Assembly (NCBI GenBank): GCA_007123265.1 | Contig: SKLK01000173.1 | Location: 1-37,980, forward strand | DNA: 37,980 nt | Direction of reading: 5' to 3' | Source: Kiritimatiellia bacterium | GTDB lineage: Bacteria > Verrucomicrobiota > Kiritimatiellia > SLAD01 | In this document: positions 34,762-37,980 of the stretch, piece after piece | How the letters are laid out: every line of letters starts with the position of its first letter | Position numbering within the stretch: the first letter of the stretch is position 1 | Notes under the pieces: generated by a model | What the model was told of the DNA's origin: nothing | The model's input: the letters and a program-made list of their open reading frames with translations, nothing else | The model's database searches: none | Program-made: the position numbers and the translations under genes

Positions 34762-37166
34762 TGACATACTTCTCCCGTTTTCGCCGATGGTTCACCTTTG
34801 GCTTGGCCCTGTGGGGGCTATCGTTTTCGGCCCACGCGGGCCTGATAGAATCCTTTGCCTATCCCAATCGTGTGCAGGCCCAACAGCAATGGATTGCCCA
34901 AGGGGGGTCCCCGCCGATTCTGAGTGCCGAGCCCGGCGCGATGACGGTCCCCCTGCCCTTTGACGAGGATGTTGACCGGGCATACTGGGATCACGGCGTG
35001 ACCTTGGACCTCGCTGATTTCGATACCTTGCATCTGGACGTCAGCGTACCTGAACCGGAATCCCTACGCGCGCTCGCCATCTACTTCAAGAGTGGCGATG
35101 GCTGGTACATCTGGAGCCGACCGATCCGGGAGGCGGGACGACAGACGCTGACCATGATGAAGGCGGATTTCCAAACCGAAGGTCGACCCGCCGGCTGGCA
35201 TCAGATCGAACGCATCCGCCTCTCGCCTTGGCGGGGCGAGAGCCGACGCAGTACCCTCACCCTGCACCGGCTGGCAGCGGTTAATCCGGATGTGCTCGTC
35301 GTTCGCTCCCTGGTGCCGGAGGCCGGCGAACGTAATGCCTCCCGCCGGGCAGCGCAACGGGTGAGTCAGTTGTTGTCCGACCGCGCGGTTTCGCATGCGG
35401 TTTTGGATGACGCGGAATTGAATGCCGAGCGCTTGCGTCGGGCGCAGGTCGTCGTTCTACCCTACGCTCCGACCTTGACTACGCCGCAACGACGGTTGCT
35501 CCGTGAATTTGTGCAGCGCGGTGGGCGGCTGATGGTCTTTTACTCGTCTGATGCCGGGTTGGCCGAACTACTGGGGTTCCGACTCGGCGAGTATCAGGCT
35601 GCGGATGGACCGGGGCAATGGGCCTCGATACGCTTTGTTGACGAGGCCGTAGCCTTTATACCCCAGCGCGTACATCAGGATTCCTGGAACATCCGTCCCG
35701 TCTATCCTGCATCCCCCGACAGCCGCGTGCTGGCCTATTGGGATTCGGCACAGGGAGTACCGGGCACCGATCCTGCATGGGTTATTTCACCGCGCGGGGC
35801 GTGGATGACGCACATCGTGTTGCCGGGTGACGAAGCGAATAAGCGGGACATGTTGGCCGGGATCATGGCGCATTTGCACCCGGACCTGTGGCCGGCCATG
35901 GCGAGTCACGCGATCCAGCGGGCCGGACGGATTGGCCCGTTTGTATCGTTCGATGACGCACTCGCAGGATTGGCGCCGGGCCGTCGGGCGCCTCACCGCG
36001 CGACTCGAAATGCCTTGTTGACCAGCGCCGAAGAACAGCACCGGCGCTTGCATTTGCTGTACGGTCATGGGCGCTTTCCTCAAACCGTGCAGGTGGAGCA
36101 GGCCTTGCGGCGGACGTTGCTGGAGGCGTATGCGCGCTCAATCGCCCCGATCCGGGGTTCCGAGTGGCGGGCGGTGTGGGACCATCGAGGTACCGGCCTG
36201 GCACCGGGGGCCTGGGAACCCACGATGCAATTCATGGCCCAGCACGGGGTGAATGTGATGTTGGCGAACATGCTGTGGGGCGGAGTCGCCCATTTCCCGA
36301 GTCAGGTGTTACCGCATTCGACCACGTACCGACTGTATGGAGATCAACTTGATCAGGCACTGGCGGCCGGACAACGACACGGGGTCGAACTCCATGCGTG
36401 GGTGGTCTGCTGGAGCCTAACGGGTGCGCCAGGCGATTTTGTGCAACAGATGCGCGCTGAGGGACGACTGGTCCAGGATGCCGACGGACAGGATATTACC
36501 TGGCTGAATCCGGCGCATCCTGACAATGTCCAACTATTGGTCGACAGTTTGGTCGACCTTGCCCAGCGCTACCCAGTGACCGGAATCCATTTGGATTACA
36601 TCCGCTACCCGCACCGACGCGCCTGCTATTCGCCGTATACCCGTTCCATCTTTGAAGCGTGGCTGGGGCGCGCTGCTTCGCCATGGCCGCAAGCGGCCCT
36701 GCCCGGAGGAGAATTGGACGAGGCCTTCCGTCGCTTCCGTCGTGAGCGCATCGATTACGCCGTGTACCGCGTCCACCAAGCCTTGCGCGAGGTCCGCGCC
36801 GACCTGACGCTTTCTGCAGCGGTTTGGGGCGGCTATCCGCAGGTCATCGATAGCATCGGTCAAGACTGGGCCGCCTGGCTTTACGAGGATTGGCTGGATT
36901 TCGTTGTGCCAATGAATTACGCCGCTGATTACGCCCAATTCATGCAGTGGACCCGTGCCCAACTCGCCTTGCCGGGACTGCGCGATCGGATTTATCCGGG
37001 TCTGGGTGTCACCGCTGCAGAAAGTCAGTTATCGCCCGACCAGGTGATCCGGCAAATCAGCGGTCTGCGCGAACAAGGCGCCCGTGGGTGGGCGTTGTTC
37101 GACCTGAACAACACATTGACCAGCGAAACCTTGCCCGCCCTGCGCATGGGCGTGACGGCCCCGTAG
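34758..37166 (+). CDS. Secreted multidomain protein with a C-terminal glycoside-hydrolase-like GHL10 (YngK/DUF187) domain
   Basis: Signal peptide (FTFGLALWGLSFSAHA). C-terminal roughly 330 aa carry GHL10-type motifs (GVNVMLANMLWGG, ELHAWV, GIHLDYIRYP, VVPMNY). The N-terminal roughly 450 aa are unassigned. ATG 34758 overlaps the trkH TGA (ATGA); the track start at 34749 is TTG. Confidence 0.7.
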   Translation: MMTYFSRFRRWFTFGLALWGLSFSAHAGLIESFAYPNRVQAQQQWIAQGGSPPILSAEPGAMTVPLPFDEDVDRAYWDHGVTLDLADFDTLHLDVSVPEPESLRALAIYFKSGDGWYIWSRPIREAGRQTLTMMKADFQTEGRPAGWHQIERIRLSPWRGESRRSTLTLHRLAAVNPDVLVVRSLVPEAGERNASRRAAQRVSQLLSDRAVSHAVLDDAELNAERLRRAQVVVLPYAPTLTTPQRRLLREFVQRGGRLMVFYSSDAGLAELLGFRLGEYQAADGPGQWASIRFVDEAVAFIPQRVHQDSWNIRPVYPASPDSRVLAYWDSAQGVPGTDPAWVISPRGAWMTHIVLPGDEANKRDMLAGIMAHLHPDLWPAMASHAIQRAGRIGPFVSFDDALAGLAPGRRAPHRATRNALLTSAEEQHRRLHLLYGHGRFPQTVQVEQALRRTLLEAYARSIAPIRGSEWRAVWDHRGTGLAPGAWEPTMQFMAQHGVNVMLANMLWGGVAHFPSQVLPHSTTYRLYGDQLDQALAAGQRHGVELHAWVVCWSLTGAPGDFVQQMRAEGRLVQDADGQDITWLNPAHPDNVQLLVDSLVDLAQRYPVTGIHLDYIRYPHRRACYSPYTRSIFEAWLGRAASPWPQAALPGGELDEAFRRFRRERIDYAVYRVHQALREVRADLTLSAAVWGGYPQVIDSIGQDWAAWLYEDWLDFVVPMNYAADYAQFMQWTRAQLALPGLRDRIYPGLGVTAAESQLSPDQVIRQISGLREQGARGWALFDLNNTLTSETLPALRMGVTAP

Positions 37167-37172
37167 TCCGCC

Positions 37173-37980
37173 TCAATTCATCGGTGTAACGACGGTACGA
37201 AAGAATAACGACTCCAGTGCGTTAGTTACGGTAAACTCCATCGGTACCCCCGTCCCCTGTTGATTGAACTGCATCGACACCCAGTCGCCATCGACCAGAT
37301 TCGTAGAGGCCAACACATCATAGCGATAACTCGTTTGCGTCACTGGAAAACGAATACGGGTGAGGCCAGACTCTTCACCTGGCAAGGCTTGGAAGTGCGG
37401 GCCGTAACGACGATTAATGGTCCGGGTGGCAGCATGCGTGACACTGGGTAACGGATCCCCGCTAATGGCCATATTTGAAAAATAGACGTTTCGCTCCCAA
37501 CCACCACCGGCATTAAAGTTAAAAATTCGTACTTGCGTGGCCAACTGTTCCGAAGTCGTCGCAAAGGTTCCGGTCAATACCTCGTCATCGTCCACCCGCA
37601 AGCGATAGGTTTGCGGAGTCAGCAACTCGAAGGCGATCGTCAAACCCTGATCGGTCCAGCTAATTCCCGTCGGGCGCGCCAGTTCCGCATCATTCACCAA
37701 GTATTCTGCATCACCGCCAATGAACAGAAACTCGACCAGATTCTGGCCGAACCGGTTTTGCAGCGCCACACCCACTGAGCCAAAATCCTGAATCCAATTG
37801 TTTTCGAAGTAGAGCTCAAACCGATCGCCTTCGTGCAGATGATCAACAAATGGGCGCACCGCCTCACTCTCGCCACCGCTATTCGCCCACAATCCCCATG
37901 CGTCTGCTTGAAGGGTTTGATTGGATTCACCACTCGCGCGAAAATGGCCGGCATTCCCAGACGTCGAGAGCAGCCAACCG
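37173..37980 (-). CDS. Hypothetical secreted protein, C-terminal part (N-terminus beyond the right edge)
   Basis: The reading frame stays open from 37892 to base 37980 by my own translation (...LAALSTSGNAGHFRASGESNQTLQADAWG-LWANSGG...). Ends in a roughly 65-aa beta-sandwich-like domain ...YRYDVLAS...W...GTG...F...FFRTVVTP. Convergent with the GHL10 gene, 6 bp apart. Confidence 0.6.
   Translation of the reverse strand, partial: GWLLSTSGNAGHFRASGESNQTLQADAWGLWANSGGESEAVRPFVDHLHEGDRFELYFENNWIQDFGSVGVALQNRFGQNLVEFLFIGGDAEYLVNDAELARPTGISWTDQGLTIAFELLTPQTYRLRVDDDEVLTGTFATTSEQLATQVRIFNFNAGGGWERNVYFSNMAISGDPLPSVTHAATRTINRRYGPHFQALPGEESGLTRIRFPVTQTSYRYDVLASTNLVDGDWVSMQFNQQGTGVPMEFTVTNALESLFFRTVVTPMN

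Overview
GC-rich bacterial chromosomal window with about 40 genes. Nearly all are core or housekeeping genes, and nearly all lie on the minus strand in one co-directional array from 31753 down to 2338.

Genes recognised, in window order:
- Start of an alternative complex III operon (actA, plus the 5' end of actB)
- tRNA-Lys(UUU)
- An LpxL/HtrB-type acyltransferase
- An MlaE-MlaF-MlaD lipid-transport operon, preceded by an unusual 491-aa aromatic-proline repeat protein
- glmM with a stand-alone GlmU-C-terminal-like hexapeptide protein
- An AI-2E family transporter, gloB, a Y-family DNA polymerase and nspC
- A block of uncharacterised envelope proteins behind nrdR
- A lysine/alanine-rich histone-H1-like gene built from 33-bp tandem repeats
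- A very tightly packed 16-gene array: lptD, sugar epimerase, gspG, minor pseudopilin, nadC, coaX, trpA, a mannose-1-P guanylyltransferase-like gene, an Anbu-type proteasome homologue, glycerate kinase, prfB (with the classical +1 frameshift), trpC, trpF, trpB, yicC, gmk
- On the plus strand: trkA, trkH and an 802-aa GHL10-family secreted protein
- A truncated secreted protein at the right edge

I found no CRISPR array, transposase, integrase, phage gene, or recognisable defence or toxin-antitoxin module. The envelope genes (LptD, Mla, pseudopilins) indicate a diderm; I cannot assign the taxon from sequence alone.

The window looks mostly ordinary. Candidates for novelty, all requiring database or structure searches I cannot run:
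1. The Mla-linked repeat protein, together with an extended MlaD.
2. An unannotated 47-aa secreted Cys-rich micropeptide that is below the ORF-track cutoff.
3. The nrdR-linked cluster of unknown envelope proteins.
4. An Anbu proteasome homologue outside its usual operon.
5. A run of 4-nt ATGA overlaps that couple functionally unrelated genes, including a split trp operon.

Several ORF-track starts are over-extended or use alternative start codons. I re-set them from SD motifs and stop/start overlaps.
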